From NCBI GenBank assembly GCA_000989565.1, contig LBOO01000003.1, positions 22,832-86,831 of the forward strand: a stretch of 64,000 nt of DNA, in the 5' to 3' direction. Made by a program: the position numbers and the translations under genes. Source of the DNA: Candidatus Peregrinibacteria bacterium GW2011_GWA2_33_10 (lineage in GTDB: Bacteria; Patescibacteriota; Gracilibacteria; UBA1369; GWC2-33-13). The notes under the pieces are model-generated. The model searched no databases. It worked only from the letters and a program-made list of their open reading frames with translations, and was not told the origin of the DNA. Positions 1 through 10,481 of this stretch are shown piece after piece (positions within the stretch are counted from its first letter, which is position 1; each line of letters begins with the position of its first letter).

Positions 1-3000
1 AACGAAGAGTTTTTTTGGTATTTTTGTTTTTTAAAATTACTTGTTTTTCATGAATTTCTTCACCCGGTTCCACAACGGGTATAAAATCGCCGGGAATATC
101 ATAGGTAATATCAACAGGTCCGTCACTGGTAATATAAATTTCTTGTTGTTTTCCTTTTTTTATAATTTTAACAATACCATCTATTTCGCTTAAAATTGCA
201 GGAGATTTTGGGGTTCTGGCTTCAAATAATTCTTCAACTCTGGTTAAACCTTGTGTAATATCGCTTCCTTCAGCAACGCCTCCCATGTGGAAAGTACGCA
301 TGGTAAGTTGAGTTCCGGGTTCTCCGATACTTTGCGCGGCAATAATGCCTACAGCGGTGCCTATTTTAACTATTTTATTGGTTCCTAAGTCTTTTCCGTA
401 ACATCTTTGGCAAATGCCATTTTTTGTCTTACAGGTCATAATTGATCGAATCTGTACTTCGTTAACTTCACGTTCTTTAATAATTTTCAATTCATTATTT
501 CCAATATCTTTTTCTTTTTGCACAAGGATTTCTCCTGTTTTAGGATCAATTATGTCAGTTGCCAATATTCGACCGAATATTCTGTTTTCAAAAGCTTCTC
601 CGATTTGTTCGCTTTCTTTACGTGTTACAGTATTCATGTCCTCGGATCCGCAATCGTTTTCTTTGATAATAATATCTTGTACGGCATCAACCAATCTTCG
701 GGTCAAATATCCGGCTTCAGCTGTTTTTAAAGCTGTATCTGATTTTCCCTTGCGTCCTCCATGAGTGGCAATAAAGTATTCTAAAATGCTAAATCCTTCT
801 TTTAAATTTGATTTAATCGGAAGTTCGATTGTTTTACCTGCAGGATTAGCCACTAATCCTTTCATTCCGCATAATTGAGTAATTTGACCCCAGTTTCCGC
901 GGGCGCCTGAGCTGATCATATAAGCAATATCGTTTTGATCATCTATGGAATTTATCATTACAGTAGTAACTTTTGATTTTGTTTCACTCCAGATTTTAAT
1001 GGCATGCACATATTTTTCGTGTTCTGTCATTAAACCATTCATGTATTGATTGGTTATTTCTTTAACAACTTCAGAAGCATCATTAATGATTTTATTTTTT
1101 TCATCGGGTATAATCATATCAGAAGCGGAAATCGTAATTCCTGATTTTGTCGCGTAAATAAATCCGATTTTTTTAATCTCATCGCATAATTTTGCGGTAA
1201 TGTCTTCTTTGCCAAAGTATTCGTAGCAATCTGAAATTATATTTTTTAATACTTTTTTATCAGTTGTAATATTGTAGTATCCAAGTTCATTTGGAATGAT
1301 CTCATTGAATAAAATTCTGCCGACGGATGTTTCAGTTAATTCATTGTTGATTCGGCATTTAATTTTTTCCTGTAAATGGATTGCGCCAATGTCATAATGG
1401 TAAATCGCTTCATGGGCATCTTTAAAGCATTTGTAGGGTTCTTTTGTTTTGTCGTTAATTTTAGTTAAATAATAGCAGCCCAAAATCATATCCTGGGCAG
1501 GTATTGTGATTGGTTCACCGGCTGAAGGTTTTAATAAATTGTTTGAGGAAAGCATTATTTCTTGAGCTTCTTTTTGAGCTTGAGCTGATAGGGGAACATG
1601 CACAGCCATTTGGTCTCCATCAAAGTCCGCATTGAAAGCGGCACATACCAATGGGTGAATTTGAATAGCTTTACCTTCCACAAGTATGGGCTGAAATGCT
1701 TGAATTCCTAAGCGATGCAGCGTTGGAGCGCGATTTAAAAGTACGTGGTATCTTTTTGTCACATCTTCCAAAATATCCCAAATTTCTTTTCTGTTGGAGT
1801 TAATCAGTTTTTCTGCGTTTTTCAAGTTGTGAGCATATCCTTCTTTGATCAGTCTTCCTAAAACGAATGGTTTAAATAATTCTAAAGCCATGATTTTAGG
1901 CAAGCCACATTGATGAAGTTTTAACTGTGGTCCGACTACGATTACCGATCTGCCTGAGTAATCGACACGTTTTCCCAATAAGTTTTGACGGAATCGACCT
2001 TGTTTTCCTTTTAACATGTCTGATAATGATCGTAATTTTCTTTTATCTCCGGCCGTAAATACGGTTTTTCCTTGCCTGGCGCTATTATTCAATAAAGTAT
2101 CCACGGCTTCTTGCAGCATTCTTTTTTCATTTCTGCAAATAACTTCGGGTGCGCCAATTTCCATTAATCTTTTTAAACGATTGTTTCTATTGATTACACG
2201 TCTGTATAAATCATTTAAATCTGAAGCAGCGAAGCGACCTCCGTCAAGTTGTACCATTGGACGCAAATCAGGCGGGATTACAGGTAGAATTGTCAAGACC
2301 ATCCATTCAGGGTGAATGTTCGCTTTTAGAAAGCTTCCGGCCAGTTTCATTCTTTTGATTATTTTTTTCTGCTTTTGGCCGGTGGATTTTTTAAATTCTT
2401 CTTTTAAATCTTCAATAAGTTTGGCCAGATCCATATTTTCTATAATTCTGCGAATGGATTCAGCGCCTGTGCCGGCTTGGAAGATATGGCCGAATTTCAT
2501 GGATAAATCGCGGTATTCCAATTCGGATACAACTTTGCTGATGCTTATTAATGCTAAATCTTCTTCTGCTTGGCGCAATTGCTGTTCCAATTCTTCTATT
2601 TTTTGAGAGTAATCTTTTTCCAATTCTTGCACTTTTTCTTCTCTATTTTCCAAATTTTGTTTTTTTATTTCCTGTAAGTCGTTTTCATAATCTTTTTTAA
2701 TTTTGGCTCTGAGAACCTGATGTTCTTCAATTAATTGTTTAAAAGCTTCTTTTTTTGCTTCCTTATCAACGTTTGTAATGATGTACGCAGCAAAATATAC
2801 CACTTGTTCAATGGTTTTTATCGGCAGATCAAGCAATAAACCGATTCTGCTTGGAGTTGAGCGCAAATACCAGATGTGTGTAACCGGTACCGCCAATTTA
2901 ATATGTCCCATTCTCTCGCGGCGGACAATTGATCTGGTAACTTCGACTCCGCATTTTTCACAAATAATTCCTTTATAGCGAATTCTTTTATATTTTCCGC

Positions 3001-3211
3001 AATAACATTCCCAATTTTTTGTCGGCCCAAATATTTTTTCACAGAATAATCCTTCGCGTTCAGGTTTTTGAGTGCGATAGTTTATTGTTTCCGGTTTTTT
3101 TACTTCTCCATGCGACCAATCCAGCATTTCTTCGGGAGAAGCAATGGATATGGCTATGGCATCAAAATCGTGTCTTTTTAAATTGTTGTTAGCAGTATTA
3201 TTATTTGACAT
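1..3211 (-). CDS. rpoC: DNA-directed RNA polymerase subunit beta' (first ~1070 codons; 3' end lies beyond the window start)
   Basis: Not in the ORF track because there is no stop in the window. My translation of the minus strand from ATG 3211..3209 gives [91 protein letters not shown], the beta' N-terminal zinc-finger region. The minus strand of 1598..1642 reads [15 protein letters not shown], the universal catalytic NADFDGD motif. Confidence 0.93.
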   Translation of the reverse strand, partial: MSNNNTANNNLKRHDFDAIAISIASPEEMLDWSHGEVKKPETINYRTQKPEREGLFCEKIFGPTKNWECYCGKYKRIRYKGIICEKCGVEVTRSIVRRERMGHIKLAVPVTHIWYLRSTPSRIGLLLDLPIKTIEQVVYFAAYIITNVDKEAKKEAFKQLIEEHQVLRAKIKKDYENDLQEIKKQNLENREEKVQELEKDYSQKIEELEQQLRQAEEDLALISISKVVSELEYRDLSMKFGHIFQAGTGAESIRRIIENMDLAKLIEDLKEEFKKSTGQKQKKIIKRMKLAGSFLKANIHPEWMVLTILPVIPPDLRPMVQLDGGRFAASDLNDLYRRVINRNNRLKRLMEIGAPEVICRNEKRMLQEAVDTLLNNSARQGKTVFTAGDKRKLRSLSDMLKGKQGRFRQNLLGKRVDYSGRSVIVVGPQLKLHQCGLPKIMALELFKPFVLGRLIKEGYAHNLKNAEKLINSNRKEIWDILEDVTKRYHVLLNRAPTLHRLGIQAFQPILVEGKAIQIHPLVCAAFNADFDGDQMAVHVPLSAQAQKEAQEIMLSSNNLLKPSAGEPITIPAQDMILGCYYLTKINDKTKEPYKCFKDAHEAIYHYDIGAIHLQEKIKCRINNELTETSVGRILFNEIIPNELGYYNITTDKKVLKNIISDCYEYFGKEDITAKLCDEIKKIGFIYATKSGITISASDMIIPDEKNKIINDASEVVKEITNQYMNGLMTEHEKYVHAIKIWSETKSKVTTVMINSIDDQNDIAYMISSGARGNWGQITQLCGMKGLVANPAGKTIELPIKSNLKEGFSILEYFIATHGGRKGKSDTALKTAEAGYLTRRLVDAVQDIIIKENDCGSEDMNTVTRKESEQIGEAFENRIFGRILATDIIDPKTGEILVQKEKDIGNNELKIIKEREVNEVQIRSIMTCKTKNGICQRCYGKDLGTNKIVKIGTAVGIIAAQSIGEPGTQLTMRTFHMGGVAEGSDITQGLTRVEELFEARTPKSPAILSEIDGIVKIIKKGKQQEIYITSDGPVDITYDIPGDFIPVVEPGEEIHEKQVILKNKNTKKTLR

Positions 3212-3323
3212 GAAATATTGAGGTTTAAGATATTATTATTTAAAGTGCTTTCGATAATGTTGACGAATTTTGTAAATTAAGTTTTTTCACTATCGGCAGC
3301 ACTTTAGTATGGAATAAATTTTT

Positions 3324-3356
3324 CGGCCCGTATTTATTTTTATTAAATACGGACCG
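3324..3356. other. Hairpin in the ssb-rpoC spacer (CCGTATTTA / TAAATACGG core, extended by CGG/CCG)
   Basis: Inverted repeat read directly. A T-run follows it only on the + strand (gatttgtttttt), so it is not a canonical terminator for the minus-strand genes. Confidence 0.3.
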
Positions 3357-3371
3357 GATTTGTTTTTTAAT

Positions 3372-3863
3372 TTAAAGTCCTAAATCTCTATCGATAAGGC
3401 TGCCTCCTTTTGTTGTTTTTTGATTTTGAAATTCTTCATCATCGATAGGCAAGACATTTAGATCTTCTGTATCGATTTCTTCCTGATGTTCATCGGTTTC
3501 AATAATCGGCAAGTTTTCATCATCCGTTTTTGCTCTTTTTTCCAAGATAATCATATCCTGAATAATAACTTCGGTTTTGAATTTTTTTATTCCTTCAGGA
3601 GTTTCCCAGCTGCGAGTTTTTAAATATCCTTCAACGTAAATAAGTTTTCCTTTTTTTAGATATTGCTGGCATATTTCCGCTAATTTAGCCCACGCTACCA
3701 GATCATGAAATTCAGTTGAACTTTTTCTTTCCCCATTTGCTGTTATCCATTCACGGTTTGTGGCAATTCCAAATGTGGTAACTGCTTGGCCACTTGGCGC
3801 ACTTCTCATTACTGGATCTCGTGTTAGATTTCCAATGAGAATTACTTTGTTTACACTTCTCAT
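3372..3863 (-). CDS. ssb: Single-stranded DNA-binding protein
   Basis: 163-aa ORF. The N-terminus MRSVNKVILIGNLTRDPVMR...TEFHDLVAWAKLAEICQQYLKKGKLIYVEGYLKTRSWE has the bacterial SSB OB-fold pattern. The C-terminal half is acidic. Confidence 0.9.
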   Translation of the reverse strand: MRSVNKVILIGNLTRDPVMRSAPSGQAVTTFGIATNREWITANGERKSSTEFHDLVAWAKLAEICQQYLKKGKLIYVEGYLKTRSWETPEGIKKFKTEVIIQDMIILEKRAKTDDENLPIIETDEHQEEIDTEDLNVLPIDDEEFQNQKTTKGGSLIDRDLGL

Positions 3864-3893
3864 TTTTAGTTTGTTATGTGTTAAAAATAATTT

Positions 3894-6800
3894 TTATTCT
3901 TCTGTATATTTTTTTTCTTCTTCGTCTTCAAGAGGTGCTTCTTCAAAAAGTTCCATATCCGATGGGATTTCCTCTCCTTCATCCAAATCGAGATCATTAT
4001 CCGTAATAATACTGTCTTCCGTTTTTATATCAGCAACTTCATGGCCTAAATTTTTTTGTATTTGACGATCTTCAGAGTCTCCGGAAAATAAAGGACTGTC
4101 TTCGTGTTCGGATTCTAAAATTTCATCTTCGGTTATAACAACATCATCTTCTGAATTCATCAATTTTACTGATAATCCCAAGCTTTGTAACTCTTTAACC
4201 AATACATTAAAGCTTTCAGGAGTGCGTGGTTTTTTTATTGATTCGCCTTTTACGATTGATTCATAAGCTTTTGCTCTGCCATAAACATCATCTGATTTGA
4301 TAGTCAACATTTCTTGTAATATATGAGCGGCTCCGTAAGCTTCCAATGCCCATACTTCCATTTCTCCAAATCTTTGTCCTCCATGTTGCGCTTTTCCTCC
4401 TAATGGCTGCTGGGTTACCAAAGAGTATGGACCAACAGAGCGGGCATGTATTTTATCTTCAATTAAATGGCTTAATTTAAGAATATATGTAATTCCGACC
4501 GTAGTTTTTTTGTCGAATGGTTCGCCTGAACGGCCATCATATAATTGGATTTTTCCATCTTCAGGAAGGCCGGCTTCTTTCAATAGATCAACTATTTCAT
4601 CATTTGTTATTCCATTAAGCGCGGGACTTGCAATTTTGAATCCGAGTTTTTCGGCGGCCCATCCTAAATGAGTTTCCAAAATTTGACCAATATTCATACG
4701 GCTGGATACTCCAAGCGGATTTAAGATGATATCTACCGGTGTTCCATCCGGAAGATAAGGCATATCTTCTTCAGGAACTATGATTGAGATTACACCTTTG
4801 TTTCCATGTCTTCCCGCTACTTTATCGCCAATGGCAATTTTTCTTGTCTGAGCAACGCTAACTTTTATTTGTTTGTTTACTCCGGTGGACAATTCGTCGC
4901 CTGCTTCACGAGTGAAAATCTGTACTCCAACCACTTTCCCGCCTTCTCCTCCGGGTAGGCGCAATGATGTGTCTTTTACATCGCGGGCTTTGTCTCCGAA
5001 TATCGCCCTTAGAAGTCTTTCTTCAGCAGTTAATTCGGTTTCGCCTTTTGGAGTGATTTTTCCCACCAAAATATCTCCTTCACGGACAGTTGCTCCGATT
5101 CGGACTATTCCATCTTCATTCAAGTCTTTTAATCTGGCTTCTCCAACATTCGGTATATCTCTCGTAATAATCTCAGGTCCGAGCTTTGTGTCTCTCACAT
5201 CCATTGTGAAAACTTCTATATGTACTGAACTATAGTAACCTTTTTGAACAATACGGTCTGAAATAATAACAGCATCTTCAAGGTTGTATCCTCCCCAAAC
5301 CATATAAGCCACCAATAAATTTTGACCTAATGCCAGTTCTCCATGATCGGTTGCCGCGCCGTCTGCAATAAGATCACCTTTTTTTACAATATCACCTTTG
5401 TTTAATCTAACTCTTTGGTGGACGCATGTTGCTTGATTTGATCTTTCGTAAATATATAGATCGTAAGTCACTTTTTTACCTGAATCGTACAGAATTGTAA
5501 CACTTGAAGCATCAGCGTTTTGTACTTTTCCATTGTCTTGCGCCAAAAGTACTTGACCTGAACTTTTTGCGGCGACTTCTTCAACTCCGGTGCCGACAAC
5601 AGGAGAGGAAGGTACGATTAAAGGAACAGCTTGTCTTTGCATGTTTGAACCCATTGATGCCCTTGTGTTATCATCATGCTCCAAGAAGGGGATTAAAGAC
5701 GTGGTAACAGATATAATTTGTCTGGAAGAAACATCCATGTGAGTTATTTCTTCAGTTAGCGCTAAAAGTGCCTCATGAGCTTTTCTCGCGGGAATTCTGC
5801 TCTCAATAAATTGTTTTTTTTCATCAAGAAGAGAATTCGCCTGCGCAATTGTAATGTTTTTTTCTTCGTCCGCGTCCATGTATGAATATTCCTCAGTAGC
5901 ATAAGCTCTCACTTTAATAATAGGTTTATCTTTTTTAAGTTTCTGTAATTCTGTGATTTTTTCAGCTGTGATTATCTCACCTGCTGAAATAATATTTTTT
6001 TTGGATTTCGGATTTTCAATATTTTCCGCGCAAGTTCTTCCTTCCAACTCTTTCGGATCATTTTCAACTTCATGTTTTACTTTAAAGAAAGGAGTTTCGA
6101 TAAAACCATATTGATTGATTTTTGCGTAAGTGGCCAAATGCACAACCAAACCGATATTCGGTCCTTCAGGTGTAGCGATAGGACAAATACGTCCGTAATG
6201 AGACGGATGCACGTCGCGAACATCAAACGAAGCTCTTTCTCTTGAAAGTCCGCCCGGACCCATGGCTGATAATCTTCTTTTGTGTGCCAATTCAGATAAT
6301 GGATTGGTCTGGTCCATAAATTGAGATAATTGAGAGCTGGCGAAAAATTCTCGAAGAGCCGCAGTGATCGGGCGTGAGTTGATTAATTGTGTTGGAGTTA
6401 CTGTTTCCATATCCATAACAGTCATTCTGTCTTTAGCTATTCTGTCTGTTCTCATAAGTCCAACGCGGAATTTGTTTTGAACAAGTTCGCCAACAGCGCG
6501 TATCCGCCTGTTTGATAGATGATCTATATCGTCATATCCTTCCTCTTTATTATTTATTTTCAGTAAATGTTTGAGAATACATATTAAATCTTTAATTTGG
6601 AAAGTGTGATATTTCTTATCGTTTGGAGTGTCCAGTTTAAATCTTTTATTTAATTTATAGCGAGAAACATTGCCCATGTCATATTTTCGATAATCAAAGA
6701 ACATTGAATTAATCAAAGCTTTCGCATTTTCAGGGGTTGCCAAGTCTCCGGGGCGGATTTTTCTGTATATTGCTTTGTAAGCTTCATCAATGGTTTTCGC

Positions 6801-7517
6801 TGTATCTTTTTCCAAAGTTGCTAAAATGTAATCCATGTTGGGATTAATGTTTACATCTTCAAATAATTCCAAAATTTCTTTATCTTTAGCATATCCGAAT
6901 ATGCGAAGAAGGCTTGTTACGTATATTTTCCTCTTACGGTCTATTTTAACCGTAATGACACCTTTTTTATCGGTTTCGATTTCCAGCCACGCGCCTCTTT
7001 TTGGAATGATTTTTGCGGCTCCCATCCCAGGAGCTGCGGGATTTTCCGAGAAGAAAACTCCCGGAGAACGTACGATTTGGCTGACTATTACTCTTTCGAT
7101 CCCATTTACTATGAAAGTTCCATTAACGGTCATCAAAGGGATGCCTCCAAGGAAAATGTCTTGTTCTTTGATTTCTCCGCTTTCTTTGTTGATTAATTGG
7201 ACATGTACTTTTAAAGGCGCTTCATAGGTCATGTTTTTTAATTTGCATGTTCGAGCGTTATATTTCGGTTCTCCTATCGCATGATCCAGGAAGTGCAATT
7301 CAAGTTTTTTTCCTGAGAAATCAGTGATGGGTGAGATTTCATCCAGTAATTCTTTTAAGCCTTCCTTTAAAAACCAATCATAGGAATTGGTTTGTACTTC
7401 AATGAGGTTTGGAATGGGGAAGTTTTTTTGATTCTCGTTCAGAAATATTCTTTTATTTCCGGTGTTTTTAGTTTTAATTATTTGTTTTTTATCTTTTGAA
7501 GCAGTTTTTGTGGGCAT
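3894..7517 (-). CDS. rpoB: DNA-directed RNA polymerase subunit beta
   Basis: 1207-aa ORF. It contains the rifampicin-cluster region FFASSQLSQFMDQTNPLSELAHKRRLSAMGPGGL and the C-terminal motifs GGQRFGEMEVWALEAYGAAHILQEMLT. Confidence 0.97.
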   Translation of the reverse strand: MPTKTASKDKKQIIKTKNTGNKRIFLNENQKNFPIPNLIEVQTNSYDWFLKEGLKELLDEISPITDFSGKKLELHFLDHAIGEPKYNARTCKLKNMTYEAPLKVHVQLINKESGEIKEQDIFLGGIPLMTVNGTFIVNGIERVIVSQIVRSPGVFFSENPAAPGMGAAKIIPKRGAWLEIETDKKGVITVKIDRKRKIYVTSLLRIFGYAKDKEILELFEDVNINPNMDYILATLEKDTAKTIDEAYKAIYRKIRPGDLATPENAKALINSMFFDYRKYDMGNVSRYKLNKRFKLDTPNDKKYHTFQIKDLICILKHLLKINNKEEGYDDIDHLSNRRIRAVGELVQNKFRVGLMRTDRIAKDRMTVMDMETVTPTQLINSRPITAALREFFASSQLSQFMDQTNPLSELAHKRRLSAMGPGGLSRERASFDVRDVHPSHYGRICPIATPEGPNIGLVVHLATYAKINQYGFIETPFFKVKHEVENDPKELEGRTCAENIENPKSKKNIISAGEIITAEKITELQKLKKDKPIIKVRAYATEEYSYMDADEEKNITIAQANSLLDEKKQFIESRIPARKAHEALLALTEEITHMDVSSRQIISVTTSLIPFLEHDDNTRASMGSNMQRQAVPLIVPSSPVVGTGVEEVAAKSSGQVLLAQDNGKVQNADASSVTILYDSGKKVTYDLYIYERSNQATCVHQRVRLNKGDIVKKGDLIADGAATDHGELALGQNLLVAYMVWGGYNLEDAVIISDRIVQKGYYSSVHIEVFTMDVRDTKLGPEIITRDIPNVGEARLKDLNEDGIVRIGATVREGDILVGKITPKGETELTAEERLLRAIFGDKARDVKDTSLRLPGGEGGKVVGVQIFTREAGDELSTGVNKQIKVSVAQTRKIAIGDKVAGRHGNKGVISIIVPEEDMPYLPDGTPVDIILNPLGVSSRMNIGQILETHLGWAAEKLGFKIASPALNGITNDEIVDLLKEAGLPEDGKIQLYDGRSGEPFDKKTTVGITYILKLSHLIEDKIHARSVGPYSLVTQQPLGGKAQHGGQRFGEMEVWALEAYGAAHILQEMLTIKSDDVYGRAKAYESIVKGESIKKPRTPESFNVLVKELQSLGLSVKLMNSEDDVVITEDEILESEHEDSPLFSGDSEDRQIQKNLGHEVADIKTEDSIITDNDLDLDEGEEIPSDMELFEEAPLEDEEEKKYTEE

Positions 7518-7641
7518 AATAAAAATGAGGATAATTAAGTTACTTTATTTAAATTGAGTTTTCAATCTTATAAATAGATTAGAAACTTTTGAAGCGGCTT
7601 TTTTCCTCTACGCATTCAAGTTAAGCCTAGATGTGTAATTT

Positions 7642-7669
7642 ATACTATAGAGTATTTTTTCTTTGTCAA
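7642..7669 (-). promoter_or_regulatory. Candidate sigma70-type promoter for rpoB (TTGACA-16 nt-TAGTAT)
   Basis: The minus strand reads cTTGACAaagaaaaaatactctaTAGTATaa, about 125 nt upstream of the rpoB ATG. AT-rich background makes chance matches likely. Confidence 0.35.
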
Positions 7670-7682
7670 GAGAAAAATTAGC

Positions 7683-7710
7683 GATCAGGAATTAGCAATT
7701 AGGGATCAAT
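7683..7710. repeat. Heptanucleotide tandem array GATCAGG AATTAGC AATTAGG GATCAAT
   Basis: 7-bp periodicity read directly on the + strand. It abuts or overlaps the stop codon of the permease gene. Confidence 0.6.
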
Positions 7711-8962
7711 TTTTCTTTAAATTAACCATTGGATTAATCCGGGCGGCTTGAATGGATGGGGTTAAGGCTGAAATAAAGCTGATTAAAAAGCTTAGAATTA
7801 ATATTGTCAGGACATTTGAGATGTTGATATTTAAATTTGGGAAATAGTTTTCTATGAGGAAATTTGAAGTGTTTTTTGTGTAAATGTTGATAATGGAGAT
7901 ATTCAAGAATCCTATGGCTAAACCGGACAATGAACCAATTAAGCCAATAACCGACACTTGTGTCATTATAAATGTATAGATGTTTTTTTTAGATGCGCCT
8001 AATATTTTGATTATGCTTATTTGGGATTTTTGTTCATTTACTAAGCTTAAAAAGCTACTTGTAATCGTAATTATTGTGATAAAACTGATTAGAATTCCGA
8101 TAATCAACAAAGTATATTTTAGGTAAGCTAAATTTTGATTGATTTCAGATAATGTTTTTTGAAGATATTCGGTTTGAAGATCGATTTTTTCAATTTTTTT
8201 CGCTGTTTGACTGGTAAACTCCGAATTGTCCACTTTTACTATTAATTCGCTTGCTTTAGGATTTTTTTCGAAATTTAATGTTTTAATTATTTCTTCCGGT
8301 ATCGCTATGCCTGTAATATTGATAATATCGGAAAATCCTACAACTCTAGCGTTCAAAGTTTTGGTGGGTGAGTCATTTAATTCCGGCAAAAGACTGGAAT
8401 AATTTAGGTGAATTTTAATTTGTTTGTTTAATAGGTAGTCTTCTTTCATATTAGGTAAGCCGTGATTTGGTCCTAAAGATAAATTGTATAGTTCTATTAT
8501 TTTTTTTGGAATAATTACCGGAATGCTTTTTTCATTTGTAACCCATGAGTCTTTAATTTTTATGTCTTTTTCAATAAGTTTGAAAGGTACGCCAAAAAGC
8601 AAACTGTCGGAGATTAATTTTTGATTAAACAATGATGCTTCCAAGGAAACCGGATTATTATATCGAATTATTGGATAAATTTCTGAAACATGATCTATGT
8701 TTTTAATTTCATTTATTTTCTCAGCGGTAATATTTGAGGTATTTTGGCCGATTTTACTAAAATTTAAAGTCACGGATGTGGGAAAAACATTGATTTGATT
8801 AAGCGGTGTTTTTTTAGAGCTTTCTTTCTGAACAGAACTTTGAACGGAATTATTAAAAGTTAAAAATGTAAATATGCTCGAAATACAGATGGTGATTGTG
8901 ATCAGGATTAAGATGAAACGGGGAAGGTAGTTTCGAATGTTTTTGAGGGCGAGGTAGAGCAT
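7706..8962 (-). CDS. ABC transporter permease, FtsX/MacB-like
   Basis: 418 aa. N-terminal TM (LPRFILILITITICISSIF), a ~250-aa extracytoplasmic region, then three C-terminal TM helices. It lies directly downstream of a matching ABC ATPase. Confidence 0.8.
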   Translation of the reverse strand: MLYLALKNIRNYLPRFILILITITICISSIFTFLTFNNSVQSSVQKESSKKTPLNQINVFPTSVTLNFSKIGQNTSNITAEKINEIKNIDHVSEIYPIIRYNNPVSLEASLFNQKLISDSLLFGVPFKLIEKDIKIKDSWVTNEKSIPVIIPKKIIELYNLSLGPNHGLPNMKEDYLLNKQIKIHLNYSSLLPELNDSPTKTLNARVVGFSDIINITGIAIPEEIIKTLNFEKNPKASELIVKVDNSEFTSQTAKKIEKIDLQTEYLQKTLSEINQNLAYLKYTLLIIGILISFITIITITSSFLSLVNEQKSQISIIKILGASKKNIYTFIMTQVSVIGLIGSLSGLAIGFLNISIINIYTKNTSNFLIENYFPNLNINISNVLTILILSFLISFISALTPSIQAARINPMVNLKKN

Positions 8963-8970
8963 GGGGTAGG

Positions 8971-8998
8971 AGTGAGTGATCAGTAATCAGGAATTACT
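8971..8998. repeat. Heptanucleotide tandem array AGTGAGT GATCAGT AATCAGG AATTACT
   Basis: 7-bp periodicity on the + strand between the ATPase stop and the permease start. Closely resembles the array at 58073..58107. Confidence 0.55.
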
Positions 8999-9587
8999 GA
9001 TTTTTTAGGTTTATAATTTTATCTGCGATTTTGGCGATTTTTTGGTCGTGGGTGGCGATTATCATTGTGAAGTTTTTTTCTTTGTGGAGTTTTTGAAGTA
9101 GTTGGATTATGCTTTTTGCGGTTTTTTCGTCCAAATTTCCGGTTGGTTCGTCGGCGAGGAGTAGTTTTGGGCGAGTGATTAAGGCGCGGCAAATGGCTGC
9201 TCTTTGTTTTTCACCTCCGGAAGTAAATGCAGGTTTGTGATTGCGGCGATGATTTAAGCCGGTTTCGTCAATGATTTGGAAATAAGGATCTTTGATTTTA
9301 TTGAATTTTAATGGCAGAAAAATGTTTTCTTCAAGAGTTAAAAAAGGCAATAATAAAAAATCTTGAAAGATAAAACCAATGCCGGAATTTTGAAAAGAAA
9401 TTATTTTTCCGCTTGTTGGTTTTTCAAAGCCGGCAATCAGATTGAGTAAAGTGGTTTTTCCGGAGCCGGACGCTCCAAAAACAGCAATAATTTCGCCTTC
9501 TTTAATATCAAGATTGATATTTTTTAAGGCAAAAAATTTTTGTTTATTATAAATATAGCTTTTACTTAAGTTCCTTATTTCCAACAC
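8994..9587 (-). CDS. ABC transporter ATP-binding protein (LolD/MacB-type)
   Basis: Walker [10 protein letters not shown], signature SGGEKQR, Walker B LLLADEPT and H-loop ATHD are all present in the 197-aa ORF. Confidence 0.9.
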   Translation of the reverse strand: MLEIRNLSKSYIYNKQKFFALKNINLDIKEGEIIAVFGASGSGKTTLLNLIAGFEKPTSGKIISFQNSGIGFIFQDFLLLPFLTLEENIFLPLKFNKIKDPYFQIIDETGLNHRRNHKPAFTSGGEKQRAAICRALITRPKLLLADEPTGNLDEKTAKSIIQLLQKLHKEKNFTMIIATHDQKIAKIADKIINLKNQ

Positions 9588-9661
9588 AAAAAAAGTTAAT
9601 TTATTTTTATTTTACCTAAGTTTTGTTTTTGAAAAAAGAGGATAAATCAGAATCAGTATGA

Positions 9662-10408
9662 TTAACTGTTTATAAAATATTTTTCATAGAATTTTTTGAT
9701 GTCCTTTAGATTTGTTTTTGCTTTTTCTGCGTCCTCGGCTTCTATATGTTTTGGATTTACTTTTATGGAGATCGCTCCTTTGTAGTTTTCTTGTTTTAAT
9801 TTTGCCAGAAAGCTTTCCATTGGAAGTACGCCTGTTTGAGGCAAATAATAGCTTTTATTTCGATACATGTTGGATAAGTGGATGTGTACCAAATAATCTT
9901 TCAAAACCGTATAAACACGGATTAGGTCTTCTTTACGCTGGGCGACTCTGGTCGTATCCAGACAAGCATGTTTAAAATTTTTTAATTCATTTAAATTATT
10001 CATTGTATATTCAGGAATAAAGCCAAGATAAGTCTTATTCGGGGCGTTTTCCAAAGCTATTGAAATACTTTCTTTCTTACGGATTAAAGGAACTTTTTTC
10101 TTTAGCCATGAGGCATATTTATGATTTAAAAGTTTTGGAGGCTGGACAATTATGATTCGGCAATTTATTTTCTTAGCCAATTCAATGGCGCTTAAAACAG
10201 TATTTATTGAAGAAACCGAGGGGGTTTGAATGGAGGTTATCGGTAGTTTATATTTTTCTTTCAGTTCAATCAAATAATCAGCGGATAGGGTATCATATTG
10301 TTTTAAATCAATCGCTAAATCAATTCCGTCAATTTCCAATTCCTTCGCGAAACGAAAAATTCTGTCTAAGCTGTATCCTTTTAAGGTGTCTGTGGATAGT
10401 GTTAACAC
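9662..10408 (-). CDS. Sugar phosphate isomerase/epimerase-like TIM-barrel protein (xylose isomerase-like fold)
   Basis: 248 aa. The overall pattern (LDRIFRFAKELEIDGIDLAI..., alternating beta/alpha segments, HIHLSN near the C-terminus) resembles the AP_endonuc_2 family. This is a by-eye call. Confidence 0.6.
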   Translation of the reverse strand: MLTLSTDTLKGYSLDRIFRFAKELEIDGIDLAIDLKQYDTLSADYLIELKEKYKLPITSIQTPSVSSINTVLSAIELAKKINCRIIIVQPPKLLNHKYASWLKKKVPLIRKKESISIALENAPNKTYLGFIPEYTMNNLNELKNFKHACLDTTRVAQRKEDLIRVYTVLKDYLVHIHLSNMYRNKSYYLPQTGVLPMESFLAKLKQENYKGAISIKVNPKHIEAEDAEKAKTNLKDIKKFYEKYFINS

Positions 10409-10481
10409 AAAGATAATTTAATTAATAAATTAAAATCTTTATATTTTATCAGATTTTTAAGGTATTTACAATAATAGTGCC

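Noticed and set aside
414-3042. Track ORFs inside the rpoC region: plus-strand 414..764, 518..730, 2016..2315, 2316..2606, 2778..2978, and minus-strand alternate-frame 2818..3042
   Set aside because: They lie antisense to, or out of frame within, the rpoC reading frame, which I verified through the N-terminal zinc finger and the NADFDGD motif. Their translations are low-complexity with no motifs.
3760-7227. Plus-strand ORFs 3760..4065, 4873..5235, 5504..5707 and 6835..7227
   Set aside because: They are antisense to ssb and rpoB, have no recognisable motifs, and look like typical shadow ORFs.
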